Shown: positions 8,643 to 19,464, counted from the stretch's first letter. The stretch: DNA of 51,761 nucleotides from Bacteroidales bacterium (GCA_004553095.1 SFMJ01000001.1:1-51761); one strand, 5' to 3'. A program made the numbers and translations. Notes: a model not told the origin generated them from the letters alone.

Positions 8643-10145
8643 TTAAGCGCCGAACTTAGCGAAATCGGCATTAAGCATATCTCCGGTCTCCATGAAAGCC
8701 TGATGGAGAGCGAAAGCAGCGGGGAGATAGTGAGGGATGTGTCCACCCACCTTCTCGCCGAGTTTGAGGTAATCCCACATCAGTTGCTTATACATGGGGT
8801 GAACGCAATTCTCGATGATACATTCGGCACGCTGGCGAGGATCCTTGCCGCGGAGGTCAGCAACGCCCTGTTCAGTAGCGAGGATCTTGACAGAGTGCTC
8901 GCTATGGTCGAGGTGAGACACCATAGGCACGAAAGTAGAGATCTTTCCACCCTTCTGGATAGATGGGCAAGAGAAGATGGAGAGGTAAGCATTGCGGCTG
9001 AAGTCTGCCGAGCCACCGATACCGTTCATCATCTTGGTGCCCATAACGTGTGTAGAGTTGACATTACCGAAGATGTCGGCCTCGAGGGCAGTATTCATGG
9101 CGATAAGGCCTAATCGGCGCACGATCTCGGGATGGTTGGAGATCTCACCGGGGCGCATCACGATCTTGTCGCGGAAGAAGTCGATATTATCCATGAAGCG
9201 AAGCATAGCGTCATCGCTGAAAGTCAAGGCGCAAGTAGAAGCGAACTTACACTTACCCTCTTCCATAAGAGTCATCACGGCATCCTGGATTACCTCGGTA
9301 TACATTTCGAAGCAAGGGATATCGGGGTTTTCGCCCAATCCATAGAGCACAGCGTTAGCGACATTACCTACACCCGACTGGATGGGGAGGAACTCCTTGG
9401 GGAGTTTGCCAGCCTTCATTTCGCGAGCGAGGAACTCGCAGATGTTCTGACCGATGCGAGTGGTCAACTCATCGGGGGCGGTGAAGGGGGCGATGCTCTC
9501 AGAGGCGTTGGAGGGCACGACACCAATGATCTTCTTGGGGTCGATCTTCAAGATCGGCGAACCGATACGGTCGCTTGGCTTATAGATAGGGATCTCGCGA
9601 CGATGAGGAAGATCCAAAGGTATGTAATTGTCGTGGAATCCGCGGAAAGAATTGTGATAATAAGAGCTATACTCGATGATCACCTTCTTAGCCATTTGCG
9701 CCACAGTGGGGCTCATGCCAAGACCGGCACCCAAAATCACTTCGCCACTGGGACTCATCTCGGTGGCTTCGATGATTGCCACATCTACATCTCCATAGAA
9801 GCCATATCGCATATCTTGCGACAAGTGGCTAAGATGAAGGTCTGAGTAGTGCATCCCATTGCGGTTGGCAAGTGCACGGCTATCCTTGTGACCCTGGTAG
9901 GGGACACGAAGGCCGATAGCATCCGCTCTCGACAATTCACCATCTACATGATCGTTGGTCGATGCGCCTGTAAGTAAGTTAACTTTAAATGGAACGCCTT
10001 TTTCATGGAGGGCTTTGGCACGCTCTGCCAATGCCACCGTTACGACTTTCGGAGTTCCCGAGGCTGTGAATCCGGATAATCCGATATTATCACCATTTTT
10101 TATCACTGATGCAGCCTCTTCTGCTGAAATAAATGGAATACTCAT
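8643..10145 (-). CDS. Succinate CoA-transferase (acetyl-CoA hydrolase/transferase family)
   Basis: SGFT..G.PK, TGAST, QSGVGNVANA, TEVIQD and MMNGIGGS motifs. Confidence 0.92.
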   Translation of the reverse strand: MSIPFISAEEAASVIKNGDNIGLSGFTASGTPKVVTVALAERAKALHEKGVPFKVNLLTGASTNDHVDGELSRADAIGLRVPYQGHKDSRALANRNGMHYSDLHLSHLSQDMRYGFYGDVDVAIIEATEMSPSGEVILGAGLGMSPTVAQMAKKVIIEYSSYYHNSFRGFHDNYIPLDLPHRREIPIYKPSDRIGSPILKIDPKKIIGVVPSNASESIAPFTAPDELTTRIGQNICEFLAREMKAGKLPKEFLPIQSGVGNVANAVLYGLGENPDIPCFEMYTEVIQDAVMTLMEEGKCKFASTCALTFSDDAMLRFMDNIDFFRDKIVMRPGEISNHPEIVRRLGLIAMNTALEADIFGNVNSTHVMGTKMMNGIGGSADFSRNAYLSIFSCPSIQKGGKISTFVPMVSHLDHSEHSVKILATEQGVADLRGKDPRQRAECIIENCVHPMYKQLMWDYLKLGEKVGGHIPHYLPAAFALHQAFMETGDMLNADFAKFGA

Positions 10146-10212
10146 TTGTAACGTTTAGATTTAAGTAGTAAATTTGCACAAAATTAATAATTTTATGCAA
10201 TAGTTGATAATA

Positions 10213-11589
10213 ATGAAACCATTTTTTTTACCTAATAACGAAAAAAATTGCACAGTTTCAAAAAAAGTGCGCATCGAAACTTACGGTTGTCAGATGAATG
10301 TGGCTGATTCTGAGGTAGTTGCCGCAATGATGGCACTTGCGGGCTACGAACCGACCGAATCAGATGAAGAAGCAGCTGCCGTTTTGCTTAACACCTGTTC
10401 GATTCGCGACAATGCCGAGCAGAAGATTTACTCACGTTTGGCATATTGGAACTCACTGCGTCGCAAATTGGGGCGGAATATCATCATCGGCGTAATCGGC
10501 TGTATGGCAGAGCGTCTGAAAAATGATCTTATCGATAAGCATGGAGTCGACTTGGTGGCAGGGCCCGATGCCTATCTCGACCTTCCCAACTTGATAGCCG
10601 CTGCCGAGACGGGGGAGCCGGCTATCAATATCGAGCTCTCTACATCGGAGACATATCGAGATGTAGTGCCTCGACGACTTGGTGCTACCGGGCCGATCAG
10701 CGGATTTATCTCGATCATGCGCGGATGCAACAACTTCTGCTCATACTGCATCGTGCCATATACCCGCGGACGGGAACGCTCACGCGAGCCACAAAGCATC
10801 CTGCGCGAACTTCAGGACCTACATGATCGCGGTTTCAAAGAGGCAACCCTCTTGGGTCAGAATGTCAACAGTTATTCTTATACCGACCCGGAAACGGGTG
10901 TTGTGGTTTCCTTCCCCGACCTCTTGGAGATGGTGGCAAAATCAGCCCCCGATATGAGAATTCGTTTTTCGACATCACACCCCAAGGATATGAGCGACCG
11001 GACACTCGAAGTCATCGCCGCAAATCCCAATCTGGCGCGACATATCCACCTGCCGGTGCAGAGCGGTTCGAACTCGGTGCTCAAGGATATGAACCGCAGT
11101 TATACTCGGGAGTGGTACCTCGACCGGGTGGCGGCCATCCGTCGTATTCTTCCCGATGCCGGTCTCTCCACCGATATGTTTACCGGATTCTACAATGAGT
11201 CGGAAGAGGATTTCCAAGAAACCCTCTCGCTGATGCGCGAAGCAGGCTTCGACTCCGCCTTTATGTTCAAATATTCGGAACGCCCCGGCACATTGGCATC
11301 GCGCATGATGCCCGACAATGTTCCGGAAGAGGTAAAGATCGAGCGACTCAACCGAATGATAGCACTTCAAAACGAGCTCTCGCTTGAGAGCAATCGTCGG
11401 GACATAGGGAAGACATTCGAGGTGCTGGTGGAGGGACGGTCCAAGCGAAGCGCCGAAGAGTATTTTGGCCGCACTACTCAGAATAAGGTGGTGGTATTCG
11501 CTCGCGGCAACACACGTCCGGGAGATTTCATCAAGGTACGCATCGTCGATGCATCATCCGCCACACTCCGAGGCGAACAAGAGGACTAA
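10213..11589 (+). CDS. miaB: tRNA-2-methylthio-N6-dimethylallyladenosine synthase
   Basis: ETYGCQMN..DSE, NTCSIR, CNNFCSYC radical-SAM motif, TRAM domain; exact start uncertain. Confidence 0.95.
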   Translation: MKPFFLPNNEKNCTVSKKVRIETYGCQMNVADSEVVAAMMALAGYEPTESDEEAAAVLLNTCSIRDNAEQKIYSRLAYWNSLRRKLGRNIIIGVIGCMAERLKNDLIDKHGVDLVAGPDAYLDLPNLIAAAETGEPAINIELSTSETYRDVVPRRLGATGPISGFISIMRGCNNFCSYCIVPYTRGRERSREPQSILRELQDLHDRGFKEATLLGQNVNSYSYTDPETGVVVSFPDLLEMVAKSAPDMRIRFSTSHPKDMSDRTLEVIAANPNLARHIHLPVQSGSNSVLKDMNRSYTREWYLDRVAAIRRILPDAGLSTDMFTGFYNESEEDFQETLSLMREAGFDSAFMFKYSERPGTLASRMMPDNVPEEVKIERLNRMIALQNELSLESNRRDIGKTFEVLVEGRSKRSAEEYFGRTTQNKVVVFARGNTRPGDFIKVRIVDASSATLRGEQED

Positions 11590-11607
11590 GAGCGCGTTCC
11601 TTAAATT
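11587..11607 (+). repeat. Dispersed IS-end-like motif starting in the miaB stop codon
   Basis: TAAGAGCGCGTTCCTTAAATT. Confidence 0.8.
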
Positions 11608-11612
11608 TTCTT

Positions 11613-12533
11613 TCAACACTCTGCTTCTTGCCGATAGTGGGGATGGTGGGTCAGCAATTCGCTGCGAAGGCGGGTGCGATCCAAGTGCAGGTAGATCTCC
11701 GTGGTGGCAATCGACTCATGCCCCAACATCTCTTGGATGGCTCGCAAATTTGCGCCACCCTCCAAGAGATGGGTGGCAAACGAGTGACGCAATGTGTGGG
11801 GAGACACCTTCTTATTGATGCCGGCAGCGACAGCCAAGTCACGTATGATATAGAACACCATGACCCGGGTCAGAGGTGCTCCGCGCCGATTCAGGAATAG
11901 TATATCTTCATTACCGGGCTTGATTACCCCCTTCTCTCTGAGAGGGAGGTAGTCACTTATGAGTTCGACAGCCACCGGCGAGAGGGGCACCAGCCGCTGT
12001 TTACCCCCCTTACCCTCGACGATGATATAGCCATCATCGAGAGAAATGCGCGAGATGCGCAGCGCCACCAATTCCGAGACGCGAAGGCCGCTCCCATATA
12101 GGGTCTCGATGATGGCATGATTGCGAGGTGTCTCCTCCTTGTCGGCAGGCAGGGCGGCAATCATCGCATCGATCTCCTCAACGCTCAGCACGTCGGGTAG
12201 AGAACGCCCGATACGAGGGGATTCGATCAGTTCGGTTGGATCCGCTTCGATATAACCTTCGAGGCGTAAGAACTTGAAGAAACTGCGAATACCGGCGATA
12301 AATCGAGCCTGCGAGCGTGCCGAAATGCCGAGATCATGCAGATCGCAGAGGAGTGTGTGGATATCATCTCGAGTCACATGGTCGAGACTCAATCCCCGGG
12401 ATTCGACAAACACCAATAGATGTCCGACATCGACCAGGTATCCCCGCGCCGTGTTGTCGGCGAGGCCACGCTCCAACACTAAATGATGGGCGAAATCACG
12501 GGCAATATCGGAAGAAGGCTTTAGCGGTCGCAT
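11613..12533 (-). CDS. xerD: Chromosome dimer resolution tyrosine recombinase
   Basis: GLRVSEL, SPHTLRHSFATHLLEGGA, LGHESIATTEIY and C-terminal HHP. Confidence 0.88.
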   Translation of the reverse strand: MRPLKPSSDIARDFAHHLVLERGLADNTARGYLVDVGHLLVFVESRGLSLDHVTRDDIHTLLCDLHDLGISARSQARFIAGIRSFFKFLRLEGYIEADPTELIESPRIGRSLPDVLSVEEIDAMIAALPADKEETPRNHAIIETLYGSGLRVSELVALRISRISLDDGYIIVEGKGGKQRLVPLSPVAVELISDYLPLREKGVIKPGNEDILFLNRRGAPLTRVMVFYIIRDLAVAAGINKKVSPHTLRHSFATHLLEGGANLRAIQEMLGHESIATTEIYLHLDRTRLRSELLTHHPHYRQEAEC

Positions 12534-12557
12534 GGCAGAGGATGCGGACTTATCAAC

Positions 12558-13112
12558 TTAAAACTTGATCGAATAGGCGACTTTCTGCATTTCGGGGCGC
12601 GACACGATGATGGCACGATGGCGGTCATAAAGCATTACGCCATGTTCCAGAGCGTCGAAGAGTCGTTGACTCCAACCCTCCGGAGTATTGCGGATGGCGA
12701 AAATGCGTCCCGGTGTGTTGAGCAGAGCGAGGAGTTTTTCGAGAGGGAGGTAATCATCTGTCGAGCAGATAAGAGAACATCGATTGGCACGCCCTATCGC
12801 TGTGGTGATCTCCATGCGCGAATTAGCAGCCAAGAGGGCAGATCGATAAGGCACTTCCGACTCCGGGGGCATAAAGGCTCGTTTCACATCGAAATAGGCG
12901 GCAAGGCGCAGCAACATCTCCGCCTCTTTGATATAAGACACCGGAATACCACTGCGATAAGCAGTCACGTCGATATCCTCATAGCCATAATATGCATAGC
13001 CTTGCGGGATGCGTATCACACTCTTCACCAGGTCGTAGGCAAAGGGTGAGTGTACGCCATATCCCCGCGAATGACGCCAGCGTTTGTAGTATTCCACTAT
13101 CGAGTTTATCAT
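12558..13112 (-). CDS. Conserved hypothetical Bacteroidales protein
   Basis: RHSRGYGVHSPFAY N-terminal motif; start trimmed to avoid overlap with the upstream gene. Confidence 0.7.
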   Translation of the reverse strand: MINSIVEYYKRWRHSRGYGVHSPFAYDLVKSVIRIPQGYAYYGYEDIDVTAYRSGIPVSYIKEAEMLLRLAAYFDVKRAFMPPESEVPYRSALLAANSRMEITTAIGRANRCSLICSTDDYLPLEKLLALLNTPGRIFAIRNTPEGWSQRLFDALEHGVMLYDRHRAIIVSRPEMQKVAYSIKF

Positions 13113-13150
13113 AGAGGTAGTGTCTATATGTGAGTTATCGTGTAGCAACC

Positions 13151-15601
13151 TTATTCCCTCTTTCGATGGGCTGCCACAATAGATATTATCACCCCTGCCA
13201 AAGCCGCCAAAACGAGCAGATATATGATCACGACGCAAGCGACGCCGACATTGTCGGTGATACGCAGGGACTGCGGATCGAAGGTCATCACCACGTCGTG
13301 GCTACCCGGGGCTATCTTCATGGCTCGCAGCAGATAATTGACACGTCCGATCTCAGCCGGCTTGCCATCGATAGTAGCCACCCAACCCCATGGGAAATAA
13401 ACTTCGCTGAACACTGCCACGCCACCCTTGGCGGTAGTAGCCTTATAAGTCAACTTATTGGGAGCGTAAGAGGTCAGATAGATGGTATCACCCGGGGAGA
13501 TGGGAGCCGGAGTGCCGAGCAACTCTTTGAATCGGGCATCCGCCACGGCGCGACTGTGAGTATCGAGCGAGTCGAGTGCCGCCATTTCAGCGTTGGCATC
13601 CGGCACATAATCGATCGAGTGAACCCACCAAGCATTGCCGCAAGCCTCCGGATTGACTATCACGCTGTCATTCTTGATGAAATAGCGTGCATTGAGCATA
13701 TCGATGACATTAAGGTTGCCCTTATAGATCTGATTTTGCAGGAGGTCGTTGTAGCGTGTCAACTTGGCGGCATGATAACCACCGATGGTCTTGTGGAAAT
13801 AAGAAGAGCGAGCGCCACCCATATCATCGAGGTCGAGCACGCGATAATAACTTGTATCTTGCAAGATTTGACGGTCGGCAGCGGTCATCTCGAAGATGGC
13901 ATCATCTTCGACGGGGGCCACGAAATTCTCGGAGTTGACATAACGATGATTGATGGTATAGAGGTCGATCAGAGAAAGCAAGATCACCGCAGAAGCGAGG
14001 ATATATCCCTTCTTTATAGAGCCACGCAGGTAGAGGAATAGTAATCCCCAACCGATCAATATGAAAATCAGAGAGCGGAGAGCGTCGCTACTTACCAAAG
14101 ATAGACGAGCACTCTTGACGGCGTTGATGATGCCATAGAGCGAGGGATCGGAGAATGCCCCCATCTCGGTGAGTTGTTCGATTTCTGCCACGGAGAAGGG
14201 GTCACCGAACATAGAGGGGAACATCCACCCCAAGAGGCATATCAAGGCACCGACACCAAAGGTGATATGCAGATATAGCGGTTTGGCGCGGAATTCTTCA
14301 GGATGCTCTATGAGTCGGGCAAGGCACATAGCGGCGAGGAGTGGAATGGTAAATTCCACCACAACCAAAATCGAGGATACGGCACGGAATTTATTGTAAG
14401 CGGGGAAATAGTCGATAAAAATATCGGTGAACCAAGAGAAATTATGACCCCAAGAGAGGAGGATAGCGAGGATCGACACAGCCAAGAGAGCCCATTTCAC
14501 AGGAGATTTCACCAAGAAGAGAGCGAGGATGGCAAGCATCAATACGAAAGCGCCGACATACACCGGGCCATTGGTCATGGGCTGATTGCCGAAATATTGC
14601 GGGAATTGATAGACAAATTGCAACTCCTCGGGTGACAAATTTTGGAGAGCATCGACGTTGACATCAGCCACGGAGAGGAGTTGATTCTGTCCTCCCACCG
14701 GTTTGATGGTTGCCCCACCCTTCACGTTAGGGAGAAGCAGTGTGAATGTTTCATCCACGCCATAACTCCAAGAGGTGATGTCGCTACGCTTCATACCTCC
14801 GGTGTTGTCGCCACCCGGAGTGGTAAGTTCAGTGGCACGACCACGCACTGTTTCTTTGGAATATTCGTAGGAATTATAGAGGCTTGAAGAATTGACACCC
14901 ACAGCGAGAATGGCAGCCACGACGGCACAAGCAGTGGCAATCGACCAATGCTTCATCTTCTTCTCGCGGATAGCGATCACGAGCCAAGTCAGGACAAGAG
15001 CCGCCACGACGAAGAGGAAATAGTAGGTCATCTGGGGGTGATTGCTCTGCAACTGCAAGGCTCCAAAGAGGGCAGTCAGCGCCGTGCCGGCGAGGTATTT
15101 GCGGCGATAAAGCAGCGCCAACCCGCCGATGGTGGGTGGTATATATGCCAAGGTGACAAACTTCCAGATATGTCCCGCGCCGATCAAGATTATGAAATAG
15201 GTGGAGAAACCCCATGCCACAGCCCCGAAGAGAGAGACATACCACTTCATCTTCATGCAGAGCCCCATGATGAAGAAGCCCATCATCATGATAAAGAGCA
15301 GATTGGCGGGATAAGGCAAACCGAGCATAAAGACCTTGCCCACCCAGTCGAGCCAACTATTGGCCTTATAACTTGGGGCGATCTGGAAATTGGGCATACC
15401 TCCGAACAGGGAGTTGGTCCAGCGAGAATTTTCGCCGGTGGCTTCACGGTAGTCCTTCACCTCCCGGCCGTTGGCAAGACCTTGCATCGTGTCGGCTTGT
15501 TGCAACACATTACCCTCCACATCATCGGGGAAGAAAAAAAGAATGGCCACGATGGCGAGCATCGCCGTGGCCAATATAAAATAAAGAGATTTCTTATTCA
15601 T
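13151..15601 (-). CDS. YfhO family membrane protein (GT-C-like)
   Basis: WTNSLFGGMP, IGGYHAAKL and VFSEVYFPWGW motifs; many TM segments. Confidence 0.88.
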   Translation of the reverse strand: MNKKSLYFILATAMLAIVAILFFFPDDVEGNVLQQADTMQGLANGREVKDYREATGENSRWTNSLFGGMPNFQIAPSYKANSWLDWVGKVFMLGLPYPANLLFIMMMGFFIMGLCMKMKWYVSLFGAVAWGFSTYFIILIGAGHIWKFVTLAYIPPTIGGLALLYRRKYLAGTALTALFGALQLQSNHPQMTYYFLFVVAALVLTWLVIAIREKKMKHWSIATACAVVAAILAVGVNSSSLYNSYEYSKETVRGRATELTTPGGDNTGGMKRSDITSWSYGVDETFTLLLPNVKGGATIKPVGGQNQLLSVADVNVDALQNLSPEELQFVYQFPQYFGNQPMTNGPVYVGAFVLMLAILALFLVKSPVKWALLAVSILAILLSWGHNFSWFTDIFIDYFPAYNKFRAVSSILVVVEFTIPLLAAMCLARLIEHPEEFRAKPLYLHITFGVGALICLLGWMFPSMFGDPFSVAEIEQLTEMGAFSDPSLYGIINAVKSARLSLVSSDALRSLIFILIGWGLLFLYLRGSIKKGYILASAVILLSLIDLYTINHRYVNSENFVAPVEDDAIFEMTAADRQILQDTSYYRVLDLDDMGGARSSYFHKTIGGYHAAKLTRYNDLLQNQIYKGNLNVIDMLNARYFIKNDSVIVNPEACGNAWWVHSIDYVPDANAEMAALDSLDTHSRAVADARFKELLGTPAPISPGDTIYLTSYAPNKLTYKATTAKGGVAVFSEVYFPWGWVATIDGKPAEIGRVNYLLRAMKIAPGSHDVVMTFDPQSLRITDNVGVACVVIIYLLVLAALAGVIISIVAAHRKRE

Positions 15602-15651
15602 AATCAGAGAGTTAACTCTATCTTGGGTGTGATGGAGTGTCTGTTAACTTA

Positions 15652-16119
15652 TCAATCTTCTGTGTCGATATGGATCTGACGATGGAAAGTCTGCTCCAAA
15701 GAGATCAAAGTTTCGGTCTCGGTGACTCCCGGGATATGCTGAATCCTATCGTTGAGCAACTGCATAAGATGCTGATTGTCGTAAGCATGGACCTTAATAA
15801 GCATCGAATAAGGGCCTGTGGTGAAATAGCACTCCACCACTTCGGGGATCTTAGACAGTTCGGCGGCGGCTTCGCGATAGAGGGAACCCTTCTCGAGTCT
15901 CACACCGACGTAAGTGCAAGTGTTATATCCTAATTTATGAGGGTCGACGATGTAGCCAGATCCTACGATCACTTTCATGTCGATAAGTCGCTGGATGCGT
16001 TGATGGATTGCGGCGCGCGACACACCACACTGTGCAGCGATATCCTTAGAGGGGATACGTGCATTTTCCATTACAATATTCAGAATCTTCTTGTCAAGAT
16101 TGTCAAGTTTTTCCATCAT
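15652..16119 (-). CDS. Lrp/AsnC family transcriptional regulator
   Basis: LDNLDKKIL HTH N-terminus; VVECYFTTG RAM domain. Confidence 0.93.
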   Translation of the reverse strand: MMEKLDNLDKKILNIVMENARIPSKDIAAQCGVSRAAIHQRIQRLIDMKVIVGSGYIVDPHKLGYNTCTYVGVRLEKGSLYREAAAELSKIPEVVECYFTTGPYSMLIKVHAYDNQHLMQLLNDRIQHIPGVTETETLISLEQTFHRQIHIDTED

Positions 16120-16225
16120 GGTTTCAAAATATAAATATTTTGTGCAAAATTAGGGAATTTTTGTGAGATTTACAACGAAAATAGCCCTAAATGATAGCAA
16201 TTTGTAAAAAATTGACACTTTTTTC

Positions 16226-16238
16226 TTAGAGTCTCTTA
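16226..16238. repeat. Minimal IS-footprint-like palindrome at the 3' edge of module A
   Basis: TTA-GAGTCTC-TTA, 3 bp from the portal stop codon. Confidence 0.5.
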
Positions 16239-16241
16239 ATT

Positions 16242-17690
16242 TCACATCATAAATTGTTGCAAAATGTCAAGATCTTTGCGAGTAGCGGCAGCCACAAAAT
16301 CTTCGTAACTGCACATCAAGTCGGCAAGAGCAGTCAGCGAATTTTGTGTCTGCTGATTGTAGAGGGTTCCGCTCATGGAGTTATTGTCCAATTTTCCTTG
16401 CAGGGCACCATTGACACCGGAGATATCTTCCATCATCTTCATCTGTATTTCCAATAGTTCGGTGATGCCTATATCAACAGATTTGGAACTCACCTGCTGA
16501 GGCAATGGCACACCGCTACGAGGGCGATATACGATGACACCGTTGAAACGGCCCCATTCCTCGGCAATGTCGGTGATGTCGACGCCATCGGGGAGCGCCC
16601 CTTCGGGGAACAGCAGAACGCCCTTGGCAGATGCACGCAACACCCAGTCATACATCGAGATAAGCCGGTTGGTGAGTTTCTGCTGGTCGATGATATCGCT
16701 CACGAAGGAGTGGATCTCACCATCGATATAGGGATATGCCTTCACCACGTAGGGATGGCTGTGATGTCGGTAGGGAGTTCGACAGCGATGCAAGACTCTA
16801 CCCGATTGGTCGATGATGCTTAGTCGCCACTCTTCGCGACTTGTGTAGCGCACCGCAATCCCCGGAGCATCGACGAGGCGACGCCGCTCATTCTCCTCTT
16901 CGATCTCGGGATAATTCTCAGCCGATGTTTGATAATAAATACCTTTTGCCCGGTCGTGGCAGGCGAGCATGTCGACACACCTCCGATCCCAAATCTCGTA
17001 GATGGAGCAAGTGACATCCTCTTCCATGCCTTGTGCTACCCCATAGAGTCGTCGCAGGCGTTGCCGATCACCGGGATGGCGAGACAGCGTGGAGAGGAGC
17101 CGATCGAAGGTAATGTGGTGGATCTCTCCGATCAGTGTGATATCGTCGCCCCGGAAGTCACGTCCCGAACGCTCTACGAAGAAGTTGTTGAGGTCTACGA
17201 TGTCGGTATGGCAGGTCAGCATACCACCCTTCATTCCATACCATTTCTTATGTGCCACCATGCCCCCTATCAGGAAATCCTCCATCGAGCGGGCATAGAC
17301 CTCATCGAGACGATTCTCTTCGATGATCTTCTGCAGCAGCCGGGAGAGTTGCTCACCCTGCGCCGCTTCGTTTTCGTCGCGCCAGCGGATGATGGATGAC
17401 TGACTGCGGTTGCGCCAGACACCCAAGACATTACGCACCAGACGGCGAATCAGATTATTTTTCAGGGGCATATTCCCTTGTCGCTTGATATATTCCTCTT
17501 CGGAGATTTTGACGCCACGATCCACTACGGAGTCGATCCATTGGTCGCCGTAGGTGAAGCGTTTGCATCTTTCTCGTTCGCGACGGAAAGGGAGGAGTGC
17601 ACCATAACTGTCGATGGCGCGTTGCAGCAGTCGCTCGTCGCGTAGGGGCTCGCTGCTATATGTAGTTGTTTGGCAGGTCTTGTTCATCAT
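16242..17690 (-). CDS. Phage portal protein (P22/podovirus-like), possibly C-terminally shortened
   Basis: F.YGDQW, PLKNNLIRRLVRNVLG, IIDQQK..NRL and EDISGVNGALQG motifs recalled from Bacteroidales phage portals; same operon as the terminase. Confidence 0.75.
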   Translation of the reverse strand: MMNKTCQTTTYSSEPLRDERLLQRAIDSYGALLPFRRERERCKRFTYGDQWIDSVVDRGVKISEEEYIKRQGNMPLKNNLIRRLVRNVLGVWRNRSQSSIIRWRDENEAAQGEQLSRLLQKIIEENRLDEVYARSMEDFLIGGMVAHKKWYGMKGGMLTCHTDIVDLNNFFVERSGRDFRGDDITLIGEIHHITFDRLLSTLSRHPGDRQRLRRLYGVAQGMEEDVTCSIYEIWDRRCVDMLACHDRAKGIYYQTSAENYPEIEEENERRRLVDAPGIAVRYTSREEWRLSIIDQSGRVLHRCRTPYRHHSHPYVVKAYPYIDGEIHSFVSDIIDQQKLTNRLISMYDWVLRASAKGVLLFPEGALPDGVDITDIAEEWGRFNGVIVYRPRSGVPLPQQVSSKSVDIGITELLEIQMKMMEDISGVNGALQGKLDNNSMSGTLYNQQTQNSLTALADLMCSYEDFVAAATRKDLDILQQFMM

Positions 17691-17712
17691 AATTTAATAT
17701 TCTTAGGGGTTG

Positions 17713-19002
17713 TTATTTCAGGTCGATATGGAAAGTAATCGCATCGAAGGTGGAATCTCGCGGGGCAATGACTTCGACTTTCAGCCATCGAGTGCGTATT
17801 CCCACCGGGAGGCGGATATAACCACCCTGTCCGGTGGCGATCTTTCGCCATCGGTCGCGATGAGGGGAGATGAAAAGATTGATCTCGGGGAGAGAGGGAT
17901 CCCCCTTTTGTGTCGGGGGGAATCGGTTGTATATGCCACGCAGAGCCACCTCTCTGATCATCTTCTCATCGTCGGGATAACCTAAGTCGAGTGGTGCAGT
18001 CACCAAGCGTATTCTACTATAATTATCATCCACATCACCACCGGGCAGAGTCGGGTCATTGATTTCGCCGTCGTTGCCGCTCTGCTTTGGATTGAATTTG
18101 GGGAGCATTTTCCAGGTTGCCAAAGCCCCCGGGGAGATGGGAAGTTGCAGGGAGGCGACACCCTCGGAGGCTTGCGCTATATCCACCTCTCCGATGATAC
18201 GGAAGTCAGTATCAGCCAAGACATTGGCTCGAATCACGTCGGGAGATAGACGGTCGTAGTGCCAGCATCGGGATGTTTCGCCATATATATCGGTGGTCGT
18301 CACCCCCTTTACGGTTTCATCGCCGGCGAGGATGTCACCCTGACGGGTGGCGAAGAATACGATGGCTTCGGCACGCGATGCCACAGACTCGGGGAGTTGG
18401 AACGCCGGTATCTGCGCTGCGATCTTCACCGGCGTGCAAATCATCTCAACGATGGTCTGTAGCGAAGTGCCATAGAGGGAATATTCGCGTATCGCCAAGA
18501 GCGGCGCCATGGTGTTGGGAGCCAGATATACAGGTTTGGATACGCTGCAATAAGAACCATCGTCGATACGGATTGCGGCACCGATGCGGCAAGGAGCAAG
18601 AAATAGAGATGCATTGGCGGCGTCGGCGATGAAGTCTTTGAGTTGACCGAATACACTGTCGGAGAGGCGTTTCACCAGAGTGTCGCTTGCCACGGCAGTG
18701 ACGGGGGCACCACCAAACCAGGATTTTACCAGCGGGAGGTCATCGTCGGGAATGACACAATTCATCAGCGTGGCGGGATGGGAATATCGGGAGAAGATGT
18801 ACCCCTCCAATTGAGAGGGATACATCGAGAAGGAGATACTCTCCAAGATGCCGGAGAGATCGGGGATCGGTTCGGGGTCGGGATTAGTGCCGGGATCGGG
18901 GGTATCACCCGGATCGGGATCTGTGTCGTAGATGGGAGTGAGGGTGTGATTGTAGGTGAACAGAGGCACCCTCACTCGTCGGGTGCGTCTCAGGAGTTTC
19001 AT
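17713..19002 (-). CDS. Phage-derived structural protein (head-closure/tail-nozzle-like) with a Pro/Asp-rich N-terminus
   Basis: Lies between terminase and portal genes; C-terminal LVTAPLDLG..K.I..V..RG segment resembles Bacteroidales phage tail proteins (recall only). Confidence 0.4.
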   Translation of the reverse strand: MKLLRRTRRVRVPLFTYNHTLTPIYDTDPDPGDTPDPGTNPDPEPIPDLSGILESISFSMYPSQLEGYIFSRYSHPATLMNCVIPDDDLPLVKSWFGGAPVTAVASDTLVKRLSDSVFGQLKDFIADAANASLFLAPCRIGAAIRIDDGSYCSVSKPVYLAPNTMAPLLAIREYSLYGTSLQTIVEMICTPVKIAAQIPAFQLPESVASRAEAIVFFATRQGDILAGDETVKGVTTTDIYGETSRCWHYDRLSPDVIRANVLADTDFRIIGEVDIAQASEGVASLQLPISPGALATWKMLPKFNPKQSGNDGEINDPTLPGGDVDDNYSRIRLVTAPLDLGYPDDEKMIREVALRGIYNRFPPTQKGDPSLPEINLFISPHRDRWRKIATGQGGYIRLPVGIRTRWLKVEVIAPRDSTFDAITFHIDLK

Positions 19003-19454
19003 AGGGCATCTTGTGCTAAGCGGAAAATAGATGGCAATTCGCGAGAAGAGTTGTAGGCATACGAACTGAAGTGAGGCATACCATCATCTTGGGGCTCATC
19101 GTTGGCGAGTTCTTCGATGGCAAGGTTTCTGCCTTTCAGTTCGCCGTCGGAAGCGGCTCGTGCGATGGCATCGTCATAGTCAGCCGCCTTGCGAGCAAGA
19201 TCGAAGAGAGTCGGCGTATCATCGCCGGCGGCTAACGAATGGCGGATGGCAAGGATAGTCTCCATAATCTTCGCTTGCAACGCATCGTCAATCTCCCTGT
19301 CGGCACACCATGTCGATAGCGCCTCGCGGAGTGCCTCTTCATCAAAAGCATCATTATCGGGGTTAGTTACTTGATCTGCTTCAGCAGTCGGAATGGATTG
19401 AGTGTCGACCATTTGATCGGCATCTTCGTTCGATTTGTTCTTCTTGAAAAACAT
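18999..19454 (-). CDS. Acidic phage scaffold-like protein
   Basis: Acidic and helical; YDDAIARA..DGELKGRN..IEE resembles the gene normally upstream of the capsid gene; ATGA overlap with the next gene. Confidence 0.45.
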   Translation of the reverse strand: MFFKKNKSNEDADQMVDTQSIPTAEADQVTNPDNDAFDEEALREALSTWCADREIDDALQAKIMETILAIRHSLAAGDDTPTLFDLARKAADYDDAIARAASDGELKGRNLAIEELANDEPQDDGMPHFSSYAYNSSRELPSIFRLAQDAL

Positions 19455-19464
19455 AACTCTTGGT

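Noticed and set aside
11613..12533. Tyrosine recombinase as the integrase of the phage modules
   Set aside because: It has XerD hallmarks (HSFATHLLEGGA, C-terminal HHP) and is separated from the portal gene by core genes
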